A stretch of DNA of 46,115 nucleotides from contig JAYEJL010000100.1 in the NCBI GenBank assembly GCA_034660555.1, positions 1 through 46,115 on the forward strand. The letters run 5' to 3'. Origin of the DNA: Thermotogota bacterium. Its GTDB lineage: Bacteria; Thermotogota; Thermotogae; Petrotogales; Kosmotogaceae. Under the pieces are notes generated by a model. The model was given only the letters and a program-made list of their open reading frames with translations, did no database searches and was not told the DNA's origin. Made by a program: the position numbers and the translations under genes. This document shows, piece after piece, positions 30,455-39,395 of the stretch. Position 1 is the first letter of the stretch; every line of letters begins with the position of its first letter.

Positions 30455-31818
30455 TCAGTGAGCTCTGTCTAAAAAATGGCTCAATTACAGATGGAACAAG
30501 CTGCATAAAAGGTGATATTCACATAAATGGCGATAAAATAGTTGCCATAACCCGTGCAGGTGAAATTGATTCTGAAAAGTATATAGATTGTGACGGTTTG
30601 AGCGTTATGCCCGGGTTTGTTGATCCTCATGTTCATTTTCAGCTGGATGTTGGTAATTACACGTCTCTTGATGATTTTTCTTCTGGTAGTGAAGCAGCAG
30701 TTTCAGGCGGTGTAACCACATTTATTGATTTTACCCAGCCTGTTAATCGATATTCTGATATCATAAAATCAATAGAAGAACGCAAGATGGTAGCTGGTAA
30801 TTCCAGAATTGATTATTCACTGCATTTAACACTGGCTGGAGATCCTGATTTTACTCCTGAAGAACTTATTGAGCTGGCAATCCGCGAAGGATTAACGTCT
30901 ATCAAGATATTTACAGCTTACGGTGATAGTAACAGACGTACCGATGACGGATATCTCAGCAGATTAGTTGAATTATCTGGTAAAAAGGGCGTCGTAATAA
31001 TGATTCATGCTGAAAACGATGAAATGATAAAACATAACATGAATTCTGCTAAAAGTTATTTGCCAAAGGAATTACCCGTGATAAGAAATTCAAAGAGTGA
31101 AATGCTTGATGCTGTAAAAATAGCAACGATGGCGGCAGAATCAAAAGGTCAATGCTATATGGTACATGTATCAAGCGGAAGAACAGTCGAATTTTTGAGT
31201 GAACATTTTAAAGAAACTCTTAATAAATATTTGTTTCTTGAGACATGTCCGCAGTACTTTTCGTTAAATGAGGAATCTCTTTCTGGAGATAAAGGCTTTC
31301 TTTACACATGTTGCCCACCCTTGCGAACTGAAACTGAAAGAAAGAAGATTATAAAGGGATTGATGGAAGAGAATATAAGGTCCATCGGTACCGACCACTG
31401 CCCTTTCAAGGTCGAAGAAAAGAAAGCCAATAAGGATGACATTAAAGAAATACCTTTTGGAATAGGAAGTATAGGATTTACATATAGTTTGTTCAGGACA
31501 TTTGTATCCAAATCTGCTATGGATGCAGCAAAGACATTGAGCAAAACACCAGCATTTTTAATGGGCCTGTATCCAAATAAAGGGTCTCTTTTGCCAGGAT
31601 CAGATGCAGATATTGTTATTGTAAACCCTGAAAAAGAATGGGTAGTAGGTAAGCCAGTTTATGGAAGATCTGAATATTCACCATATGAACATATGCGTCT
31701 AAAGGGTAAGGTTAAATTTACTATTTTAAGAGGAAAAATTGTTTTTGTTGGAAACAAGGTAACTGCAGATGAAGGTTATGGGGGATTTCTAAGCAGGGAC
31801 AGAATATTCTGGAGGTAG
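30451..31818 (+). CDS. Dihydropyrimidinase/hydantoinase (HyuA-like)
   Basis: PGFVDPHVH, GGVTTFIDF, HAEN, VHVSS, ETCPQY, PPLR, GTDHCPF. Confidence 0.88.
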   Translation: MISELCLKNGSITDGTSCIKGDIHINGDKIVAITRAGEIDSEKYIDCDGLSVMPGFVDPHVHFQLDVGNYTSLDDFSSGSEAAVSGGVTTFIDFTQPVNRYSDIIKSIEERKMVAGNSRIDYSLHLTLAGDPDFTPEELIELAIREGLTSIKIFTAYGDSNRRTDDGYLSRLVELSGKKGVVIMIHAENDEMIKHNMNSAKSYLPKELPVIRNSKSEMLDAVKIATMAAESKGQCYMVHVSSGRTVEFLSEHFKETLNKYLFLETCPQYFSLNEESLSGDKGFLYTCCPPLRTETERKKIIKGLMEENIRSIGTDHCPFKVEEKKANKDDIKEIPFGIGSIGFTYSLFRTFVSKSAMDAAKTLSKTPAFLMGLYPNKGSLLPGSDADIVIVNPEKEWVVGKPVYGRSEYSPYEHMRLKGKVKFTILRGKIVFVGNKVTADEGYGGFLSRDRIFWR

Positions 31819-31823
31819 AAAGC

Positions 31824-33125
31824 TTGATTGTAAAGGATGTTTCCATTTTCACAAACGATGGTTCTTTCATCGAGAAAGGCTATCTAAAAACTAACAATGG
31901 AGTAATTGAAGAGGTCTCTGAAGGGTCACCGGGTAGTACGGAAGAAAAGGTATATTCATTCCCCAATAGAATACTGATGCCCGGACTGGTTAATGCACAT
32001 ACGCATATCTATTCAGCGTTCTCAAGAGGTATGCCATTAAAAGGATTCTTGCCAAATACATTTACAGAGTTGCTTGAACAGATGTGGTGGAAGGTTGACA
32101 GAGCCCTAACTATGAAAGGGAATGAACTTAGCGCTTACCTTGCATCAATTGAATCGATGAAAGCAGGAGTAACCACACTAATTGACCATCACTCTTCCCC
32201 AAATGCTGTTAAAGGTTCTCTTGATACGATTGCTAACGCTGTTAATGAAACAGGATTAAGATGTTCGACAGCTTTTGAAATTTCTGATAGGAATGGCAAG
32301 AAAGTCCGTGATGAAAGCATTGATGAAAACTTCAAATTTGCTGAAACAAAAAATAAATTTAGAGCACCGTATATAGGTTTACATGCTTCTTTCACATTAT
32401 CAGATGAAACGCTTGAATTGATATCTGATGCAAATAAAAAGAGAATTCCGATACATGTTCATGTTGCTGAAGGACCGGAAGATGAGGAGAATTCAATTTC
32501 ACTACATGGTAAAAGAATAGTGCAGCGTTTTTATGATGCTGGTTTACTGACTGAGAATTCCTTGCTTGTCCATTGTATTCATACTGACGAGAAGGAAGAT
32601 GAAATAATTAGGAATAATGGGTGCTTTGTAGTGGTTAATCCCCAATCCAATATGAATAATGGTGTCGGTTATCCCGATTGGAAGGGAAAATTATCCAAAG
32701 GAACAAGAGTATGTCTTGGAAATGATGGGTTTGGATTTAACCTCTTTATAGACGGTCGTTTCCTGATACTTGGAATGCACAATGACACAAAAGATCCGAA
32801 AACTGCTGATCCTTTTGATTTGCAAAAAACCCTTTTCAATTACAATTATCAGCTTACTTCAAAGATTTTTGGATTGAAAATGGGAAAAATAAAGAAAGGA
32901 TATGCAGCTGATTTTGCTCTTTATGATTATAACCCGCCAACAGTTCTAAACAGTGAGAACTTTCCCGGACACCTTTTCTTTGGTATAGGAGATAATCCAA
33001 AGGTTACGGACGTTTTTGTACATGGTAGGCCCGTTATGAATTCTGGTGAAAGCGTGCTTATTGATGAGGAGAGATTATTTAAAGAATGCAGGGAATACAG
33101 CGCTGAGCTTTGGAAACAACTGTAA
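31824..33125 (+). CDS. ssnA: Aminohydrolase SsnA
   Basis: NAHTHIYSAFSRG, GVTTLIDHHSSP, GLHASFTLSDETL, HVHVAEG, NPQSNMNNGVG, LGNDG. Confidence 0.9.
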   Translation: MIVKDVSIFTNDGSFIEKGYLKTNNGVIEEVSEGSPGSTEEKVYSFPNRILMPGLVNAHTHIYSAFSRGMPLKGFLPNTFTELLEQMWWKVDRALTMKGNELSAYLASIESMKAGVTTLIDHHSSPNAVKGSLDTIANAVNETGLRCSTAFEISDRNGKKVRDESIDENFKFAETKNKFRAPYIGLHASFTLSDETLELISDANKKRIPIHVHVAEGPEDEENSISLHGKRIVQRFYDAGLLTENSLLVHCIHTDEKEDEIIRNNGCFVVVNPQSNMNNGVGYPDWKGKLSKGTRVCLGNDGFGFNLFIDGRFLILGMHNDTKDPKTADPFDLQKTLFNYNYQLTSKIFGLKMGKIKKGYAADFALYDYNPPTVLNSENFPGHLFFGIGDNPKVTDVFVHGRPVMNSGESVLIDEERLFKECREYSAELWKQL

Positions 33126-33143
33126 ATATGGAAGGATGATTGA

Positions 33144-34229
33144 ATGGATTTGACTACAACTGTCTTCAATATGGAACTAAAAAATCCAGTAATGCCAGCC
33201 TCGGGACCATTAACCGGTGATGATAAAAAAATGCTGTTTATTGCTAATCAGGGAGTTGGTGCAGTTGTGACAAAGACAATTTCTACAAAGGCAGCGGAAG
33301 TACCAAGGCCCTGTATAATCTCTGGAAACAACTATGTGATTAACGCTGAGTTGTGGAGCGAATTTAATTACGATAAGTGGATTGATGAATTTTTACCAGC
33401 TTTCAGAAATAAAAGCGATTTACCTTTGATTGTAAGTCTGGGTTATTCGGTTGAGGATCTTAAATTCCTGGTACCGAAATTCAACGATTTTGCCAGCGCT
33501 TTCGAGCTATCCACACATTATGTTGCAAACGATCCTGAACTAATGAGTGAATTGATTAGAACTGTCAAGTCTAAAACAGATAAACCTGTAATTATCAAGT
33601 TTGATCCTTCCGTAGAGGAACCTGGCAAAATGGCACGGGTAATTGAGAAAGCAGGTGGTGATGGAATAGCAGCGATAAATTCACTGGGTCCTGTTTATCC
33701 TCTGGATATTGATGAAAAACATTCACCACTTGGAAGTAAAGATGGTTTTGGCTGGATATCTGGTCCGGTAATAAAAATGCTTTCACTTGCTATGGTGAAG
33801 AAAATAGCGTCAAATTGCGAATTGCCCGTCATAGGAATAGGTGGCATCATCTCTGCTAAAGATGTCCTGAAATATCTTATGGCTGGCGCCACTGCAGTTC
33901 AATTGCTATCAGGAGCACTTATTAGAGGTAAATCAATCTACAAAAAAATCATTTCTGATCTGCCTTCTGTAATCGAAAAACATGGATTCAATTCTGTTAG
34001 AGAAACTATCGGGATTTCTAACAATGAAATGGAAATTTCCTATGCGAAAAAAACTCCCGTTATCGATCACGAAAAGTGTACTCTATGTGAATTATGTGTT
34101 GATGTTTGTCCATATCATGCTCTTTCCATTACAGATAAGGTTGAAGTAAACATTGATGATTGTTTCGGATGTGGTCTATGTCAGAGCAGGTGCCCTGTAA
34201 AAGCCATAGGAGGGGTGCTTTTTGAGTGA
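33144..34229 (+). CDS. DHODH/PreA-like FMN oxidoreductase with C-terminal 2x[4Fe-4S] domain
   Basis: LKNPVMPASGP, VTKT, AINS, ISGP, IGIGGI, GATAVQ; CTLCELCVDVCP and CFGCGLCQSRCP. Confidence 0.85.
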   Translation: MDLTTTVFNMELKNPVMPASGPLTGDDKKMLFIANQGVGAVVTKTISTKAAEVPRPCIISGNNYVINAELWSEFNYDKWIDEFLPAFRNKSDLPLIVSLGYSVEDLKFLVPKFNDFASAFELSTHYVANDPELMSELIRTVKSKTDKPVIIKFDPSVEEPGKMARVIEKAGGDGIAAINSLGPVYPLDIDEKHSPLGSKDGFGWISGPVIKMLSLAMVKKIASNCELPVIGIGGIISAKDVLKYLMAGATAVQLLSGALIRGKSIYKKIISDLPSVIEKHGFNSVRETIGISNNEMEISYAKKTPVIDHEKCTLCELCVDVCPYHALSITDKVEVNIDDCFGCGLCQSRCPVKAIGGVLFE

Positions 34230-35454
34230 ATACCGATTGAGATGTATCAGCTGTGGTAGAGAATTTAGTAAGGAAGAGGTTGAATACACATGTCCGGTAT
34301 GCGGTGACCGAAAAGGCACTCTTGAGGTCCTGTATGATTATGAATTTCTTTCGAAAAGAATTGATAAAAGTATCTTCCGTAAGTACTCCAATGAAGGAAT
34401 ATGGCAATTTAAAGATATTCTTCCTGTTAGTAAAGACACGACATTTCCTGCTTTGGAGGTAGGCAATACCCCCACCTACTTTGACAAGGATATTGCAAAA
34501 CAATTTAACTTGAATAGTTTTTCGGTCAAAGATGATGGACGCAATCCATCAGCCTCATACAAAGATAGAGCAAGTGCAGTAGCTGTGGTGAAAGCTAAAG
34601 AAAAGAATTACGACACCATTTTTTGCGCTTCTACTGGAAATGCAGCAAGTTCTCTGGCGTGTTTTTCAGCCGTCTCAAATCTTAAATGCATTATATTTGT
34701 ACCAGCAACATCTCCAGAAGCAAAACTGGCCCAAATGCAGGTATATGGCGCAAATGTAATCGCGATTGATGGATCATACGATATTGCCTTTGATATTTCT
34801 ATGAAAGTTGGGTTGACAAATGGGTGGTACTGCAGGAACAGTGCTATAAATCCCTATCTACTTGAAGGTAAAAAAACAGGTGCACTGGAGTTAGCTGTAC
34901 AGTATAGCTGGAAGCTTCCTGATTACGTGTTTGTGTCCGTGGGTGATGGAACTGTGTACAGCAGTTTCTGTAAAGGATTTTATGATCTTAAACAACTTGG
35001 ATTGATTGAAAAATCACCCATAGTAATTGGAGTTCAAGCGGAAAAAATTTCTCCCATAACAGATACCTTTCAAAAGGGGGAGCCTTTTGAACCGATAGAT
35101 GTAGAAGGGAATACGGTTGCTGATTCAATAGGTGTCGGGAAACCACGGGATGTCATAAAAGCAATAAAATATGCTAAAAGGTTTAATGGCAACTTTGTAA
35201 AGGTAACTGATGAAGAAATACTGGATGCAGTTGCTCAGTTAGCAAGGAAAACTGGCGTTTTTGCTGAACCAGCTGGGGCTGCATCATTTGCAGGGTTTAA
35301 GAAGTATGCGGGTTTGAATTCGCTGGAAGGCAAAAATGTTAGTATAATTGTAACGGGAAATGGTTTAAAGGATCTAAAATCAGCTATGAAGAAGGTCGGT
35401 TCTGTTAAAATATATCCAGCAGATGAAAAGGTTATCAGGGAGGCTTTCCGATGA
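34222..35454 (+). CDS. Threonine-synthase-like PLP enzyme (fold type II)
   Basis: N-terminal CxxC..CPxC, GNTP, NPSASYKDR, ASTGNAA, EGKKT, VGDG, EPAGA, TGNGLK. Confidence 0.85.
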   Translation: MSEYRLRCISCGREFSKEEVEYTCPVCGDRKGTLEVLYDYEFLSKRIDKSIFRKYSNEGIWQFKDILPVSKDTTFPALEVGNTPTYFDKDIAKQFNLNSFSVKDDGRNPSASYKDRASAVAVVKAKEKNYDTIFCASTGNAASSLACFSAVSNLKCIIFVPATSPEAKLAQMQVYGANVIAIDGSYDIAFDISMKVGLTNGWYCRNSAINPYLLEGKKTGALELAVQYSWKLPDYVFVSVGDGTVYSSFCKGFYDLKQLGLIEKSPIVIGVQAEKISPITDTFQKGEPFEPIDVEGNTVADSIGVGKPRDVIKAIKYAKRFNGNFVKVTDEEILDAVAQLARKTGVFAEPAGAASFAGFKKYAGLNSLEGKNVSIIVTGNGLKDLKSAMKKVGSVKIYPADEKVIREAFR

Positions 35455-35903
35455 ATATAACTTTCAGATTAAATGGTGATGAAATCACTGTGGATGTCAA
35501 AAGCAATCGAAGAGCTCTTGATTTTATAAGAGAAGATTTGGGGCTAGCAGGAACCAAAGAAGGTTGTGGTGAAGGTGAATGCGGAGCCTGCACCATAATA
35601 GTAGATGGAAAAGCTGTTAATTCCTGTCTAATGTTTGCTGTAGAGTTTGATGGTAAAGATGTTTTAACCATTGAGGGATTAGGAGAGAAAGAGCTGGATA
35701 AAATACAAAAGGCGTTTGTTGACAAAAATGGAATACAGTGTGGTTTCTGTACTCCGGGAATGATAATGTCGATAAAAGCATTGCTTGACAAAAATCCAGA
35801 ACCTGACGAGGAAGAAATAAAAACTGCTCTTGAAGGCAATCTTTGTCGTTGCACGGGTTACTATAAGATAATTGAGGCCGTTAAATATCTCAGTGGGAAA
35901 TAA
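35451..35903 (+). CDS. Xanthine dehydrogenase-family 2x[2Fe-2S] subunit
   Basis: GTKEGCGEGECGACT, QCGFCTPG, GNLCRCTGY. Confidence 0.93.
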   Translation: MNITFRLNGDEITVDVKSNRRALDFIREDLGLAGTKEGCGEGECGACTIIVDGKAVNSCLMFAVEFDGKDVLTIEGLGEKELDKIQKAFVDKNGIQCGFCTPGMIMSIKALLDKNPEPDEEEIKTALEGNLCRCTGYYKIIEAVKYLSGK

Positions 35904-36492
35904 AAAAACTGGGGGTGCCATACTTGCAGCTGGTTTTTCCAAAAGATTCATTGGAAAAAAACTTAGAACCTATCTGGGAGAGAAGCCTCTACTGCAATGG
36001 ATTATTGATGTAGTATCAGAATCATGTGTTGAAAGTTCAGTAATAATAATAAATGATACTTTTTCAAAGGATAAGTTTGATAATAAAAAGCTGGATATTA
36101 TAATAAACGAAAAGCCTCAAAAAGGAATATCCAGATCAGTTTTTTTGGCTTTGAATTGGGCATTAAAAAATAAGATAGACGGCCTATTTCTAACAACTGG
36201 GGATATGCCCTTCATAAAGCCAGAAGATTTTGAATTCTTAATTGAGAAAAGTGAATACTATCGAGACAATGTCCTAAGTTGTTCTTATAAGGGTACGAAA
36301 GGTTTCCCGACGTTTATTCCTGAGAAGTATTTTTATCTGATGAACGATCTTGAGGGAGACCGGGGATTTTCACAAATTATAAAAAAATATAAATTACCTC
36401 ATAAAATGATAGAAAGAACATGGCGAAATATTTTTGATATCGATACACAGAAGGATTTTGAAAAAGCAAAGGAATTATTGAAATATGTCTGA
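35872..36492 (+). CDS. Molybdenum cofactor cytidylyltransferase (MocA/YgfJ-like)
   Basis: ILAAGFSKRF, GDMPFI, LEGDRG, DIDT; true start may be GTG 35893. Confidence 0.85.
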   Translation: MRPLNISVGNKKTGGAILAAGFSKRFIGKKLRTYLGEKPLLQWIIDVVSESCVESSVIIINDTFSKDKFDNKKLDIIINEKPQKGISRSVFLALNWALKNKIDGLFLTTGDMPFIKPEDFEFLIEKSEYYRDNVLSCSYKGTKGFPTFIPEKYFYLMNDLEGDRGFSQIIKKYKLPHKMIERTWRNIFDIDTQKDFEKAKELLKYV

Positions 36493-37249
36493 TACTGTAG
36501 AAGATATTTTGAAGCAAAAGAATATTGTGGTTATTGCAACAGTATTTAATAGCAAAAGTTCAAGCTTTAGAAAAAATGGGCAAATGTTCGCATTAACAAG
36601 GCAAAATGAATTTATTGGTAATTATGAAGGAGAATTCGGGGTATACATCAAGGAGCGTTTGTTAGGAGCGAAGAAAAAAACGTTAAGTTTCATCGATACG
36701 TTTACTCAGAGTAGATCGAACGCAGCAGATTCAGGAGGCGTGTGTGGAGAGAGGACAAAGGTTTTCTTTAATTATATTGGTGAATCTCCTATGGTAATTA
36801 TATTTGGGTGTGGTGACCTTGGAAAGATATTAGCGGATATTATGAAAAGCACAGGTTATAGAGTTCTTGTTGTTGATGATGACGAAAGCTTTTTAAAAGA
36901 TATTGATGATCGATTTGATAAGAAATTGATAGACTATGACATAAAAGAAACATATCCGGACATTGAAGAAAAAGACTTTTGTGTGGTATTAACAAGAGGG
37001 CATCAAAGGGACCTTAAGGCATTAAAAGTAATTTTTTCTTACAATCCAAGATACATCGGAATGATAGGATCAGCAAGAAAGAATGAAGAGTTGCATGAAG
37101 AGTTTATCAAAAGCGGTTATTTTGAAGAACAATGGAAAATGATAAAAACTCCAATTGGACTAGAAATAAACGCACTAACGCCCGGTGAAATAGCTATAGC
37201 AATAGCAGCGGAAATAGTTGATGCAAAAAACAGAATAAGCCAGGAATAA
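36485..37249 (+). CDS. XdhC/CoxI family Mo-hydroxylase maturation factor
   Basis: GGVCG, IFGCG, TRGH..D, YIGMIGS, PIGLEI.A.TPGEIAIAI.AE. Confidence 0.88.
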   Translation: MSDTVEDILKQKNIVVIATVFNSKSSSFRKNGQMFALTRQNEFIGNYEGEFGVYIKERLLGAKKKTLSFIDTFTQSRSNAADSGGVCGERTKVFFNYIGESPMVIIFGCGDLGKILADIMKSTGYRVLVVDDDESFLKDIDDRFDKKLIDYDIKETYPDIEEKDFCVVLTRGHQRDLKALKVIFSYNPRYIGMIGSARKNEELHEEFIKSGYFEEQWKMIKTPIGLEINALTPGEIAIAIAAEIVDAKNRISQE

Positions 37250-37261
37250 GGGGGTACAGAA

Positions 37262-38104
37262 GTGGCATGCAAAGTATATGTACCGGAGAATGAAGAGGCG
37301 TTGCTTGACAGGTTGATGGAACCCGGAAATGTGATAATGGCTGGCGGTACTGATCTTATGGTTAGGTTAAGAAAGGGAATCGTACTTCCAGAATCAGTTG
37401 TTTGTATGACAAAGATACCCTGTATGAATGAAATAGAAGATCGTGGAAACAAAATAAGATTGGGTTGCAAGGTAACATATTCACAAATTCTTGGCTCAAG
37501 AATGCTTTTAGAAAAATCGCCTTTGCTTTTAAAGATAGTTAGAAAGATTGGAAGTACTCAAATAAGAAATAGAGGTACACTGGTTGGCAATATCGTAAAT
37601 GCTTCTCCTGCAGGAGACTCCATCATCGCGATGGTATTATCCAATGCGACAGTAAACATTAGAGGGCCTAAAGGTGATAGAAAAATGGATCTGGAAGATT
37701 TTATTTTTGGACCGGGAAAAACCGCATTGTCTGTTGGGGAGTTTGTAAGAAGTGTAGATTTTGAATCAACTGAGGACTGGAATAATATCTTTTTTAAAGT
37801 GGGTCAGAGAAATGCAATGACAATTGCTACAGCTTCAGTTGGAATACTTTACAATAGAAAAAATATTCGTGTCGCTTTCGGTTCAGTTTCTCCCACTGTT
37901 GTTAGAGCCACAAAAGCTGAAAGGCTTTTTGAACAGCATGGGATACAGGGAACGAAAAGAGAGGAATTCATTGATAAATGTCTTGAATATATTTCGCCAA
38001 TAGATGATGTTAGAGCGTCAGCATGGTATAGAAAGGAAGTAATAAAAGGTTTAATTGAACGTGCATTAAAGATTATCGAAAGGGGTGAAGGGGATGCTTC
38101 TTAA
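37262..38104 (+). CDS. Xanthine dehydrogenase-family FAD subunit (XdhB-like)
   Basis: AGGTDL, QIRNRGTLVGNI.NASPAGD, PIDDVRASAWYR. Confidence 0.92.
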   Translation: MACKVYVPENEEALLDRLMEPGNVIMAGGTDLMVRLRKGIVLPESVVCMTKIPCMNEIEDRGNKIRLGCKVTYSQILGSRMLLEKSPLLLKIVRKIGSTQIRNRGTLVGNIVNASPAGDSIIAMVLSNATVNIRGPKGDRKMDLEDFIFGPGKTALSVGEFVRSVDFESTEDWNNIFFKVGQRNAMTIATASVGILYNRKNIRVAFGSVSPTVVRATKAERLFEQHGIQGTKREEFIDKCLEYISPIDDVRASAWYRKEVIKGLIERALKIIERGEGDAS

Positions 38105-38924
38105 CGTAAAGGCATATCATAAACCTCGTAGTATAGATGAGGCATTCAATATCTGGAGCGACCACAAAGATGAAGCGGTTTTAATCGCGGGAGGTACAAA
38201 TGTTGCTTTAATGAAATCCCATATTCCAAAACATCTTATAGACCTTAAATCTCTGGCACTAAATGATGTAAAAGAAAAGGGTAATAAGATAGTTGTTGGA
38301 GCAATGATCGATATCGAAAGCTTCAGGAAAAACCAGATAATAAGAAAAAACTTTGGCGACTTTTTCTTTAAGTCATTCGATGACATAGCCAGCCCTCAGT
38401 TAAGAAATATGATAACTATTGGTGGTTCTGTAGCTGCAAAGGTAGGATGGTCCGATGTGACTACATGTCTTTTAGCCACTGAAAGTCGCTTAATGACTTT
38501 TGGAATAAATGGTTATCAGAATATCAACATAACTGAATTCAATCATTTACCAAGGGATAAAAAGCCCATTATAACCCACATAATACTAAACAAAGAAGAT
38601 TTTATATACGGGTTTAGAAGATTTACAAAATCCGCCTTTGATATTTCTATGGTTAACGTTGGAATTGCATTGAAGATCGAGTCAGATATTGTTAAACGAT
38701 CAAGGTTTGTTATAGGTTCAAGACCTCAAATGCCTGATAGATTTTCGGATGTGGAAGAAGGTATTGAAAATCTCAAATTAGATGACAATTTACCAAATAT
38801 TGCACGGAACCTTGTGTTCGAACATTTTACAGGCGGCAGTAATTATCTTGCTTCGGTTGAGTATAGAAGGCATCTCGCTTCAGTTCTTACTGAGAGGATA
38901 TTAACCGAATTGGGTGGTGTTTAG
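38085..38924 (+). CDS. Second Xdh-family FAD subunit (YgfM-like)
   Basis: YHKPRSIDEA, AGGT, QLRNMITIGGS, ASVEYR. Confidence 0.88.
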   Translation: MKGMLLNVKAYHKPRSIDEAFNIWSDHKDEAVLIAGGTNVALMKSHIPKHLIDLKSLALNDVKEKGNKIVVGAMIDIESFRKNQIIRKNFGDFFFKSFDDIASPQLRNMITIGGSVAAKVGWSDVTTCLLATESRLMTFGINGYQNINITEFNHLPRDKKPIITHIILNKEDFIYGFRRFTKSAFDISMVNVGIALKIESDIVKRSRFVIGSRPQMPDRFSDVEEGIENLKLDDNLPNIARNLVFEHFTGGSNYLASVEYRRHLASVLTERILTELGGV

Positions 38925-39395
38925 ATGAAAATCAAACTGACAGTTAACAAAAAGATTCATGAAGTCCAGATAGATCCCGGTGAAATGTTGCTGGACGTTT
39001 TAAGACGGTTGGGATACAAAAGCGTGAGAAGAAGCTGTGATTCAGCGAGCTGTGGTAATTGTACTGTTTTACTGGAAGGAAAACCAATTCTTTCGTGTAT
39101 AACATTCGCTGCATCAGTTGATAACTGCTCAATAGAAACTGTTGAAGGTCTCTCGGAAAAAGAAGAGCTTCATCCTATTCAGGAAGCGATACTTGAAGCA
39201 GGAGGCAGTCAGTGTGGATATTGTATAAGTGGGCTGACACTGACAATTAAATCTTTTCTTGCTGAGAATCCAGACCCGGATGATAAGGAGATAAAGAAAG
39301 CTCTGGTGGGCAATCTCTGCAGATGCACGGGATATGAATCCCAGATAAAAGCTGTCAGACTTGCAGCGGAAAAACTCAGGGATGAAAAGAGATGA
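38925..39395 (+). CDS. Second Xdh-family 2x[2Fe-2S] subunit
   Basis: CDSASCGNCT, QCGYC, GNLCRCTGY. Confidence 0.92.
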   Translation: MKIKLTVNKKIHEVQIDPGEMLLDVLRRLGYKSVRRSCDSASCGNCTVLLEGKPILSCITFAASVDNCSIETVEGLSEKEELHPIQEAILEAGGSQCGYCISGLTLTIKSFLAENPDPDDKEIKKALVGNLCRCTGYESQIKAVRLAAEKLRDEKR

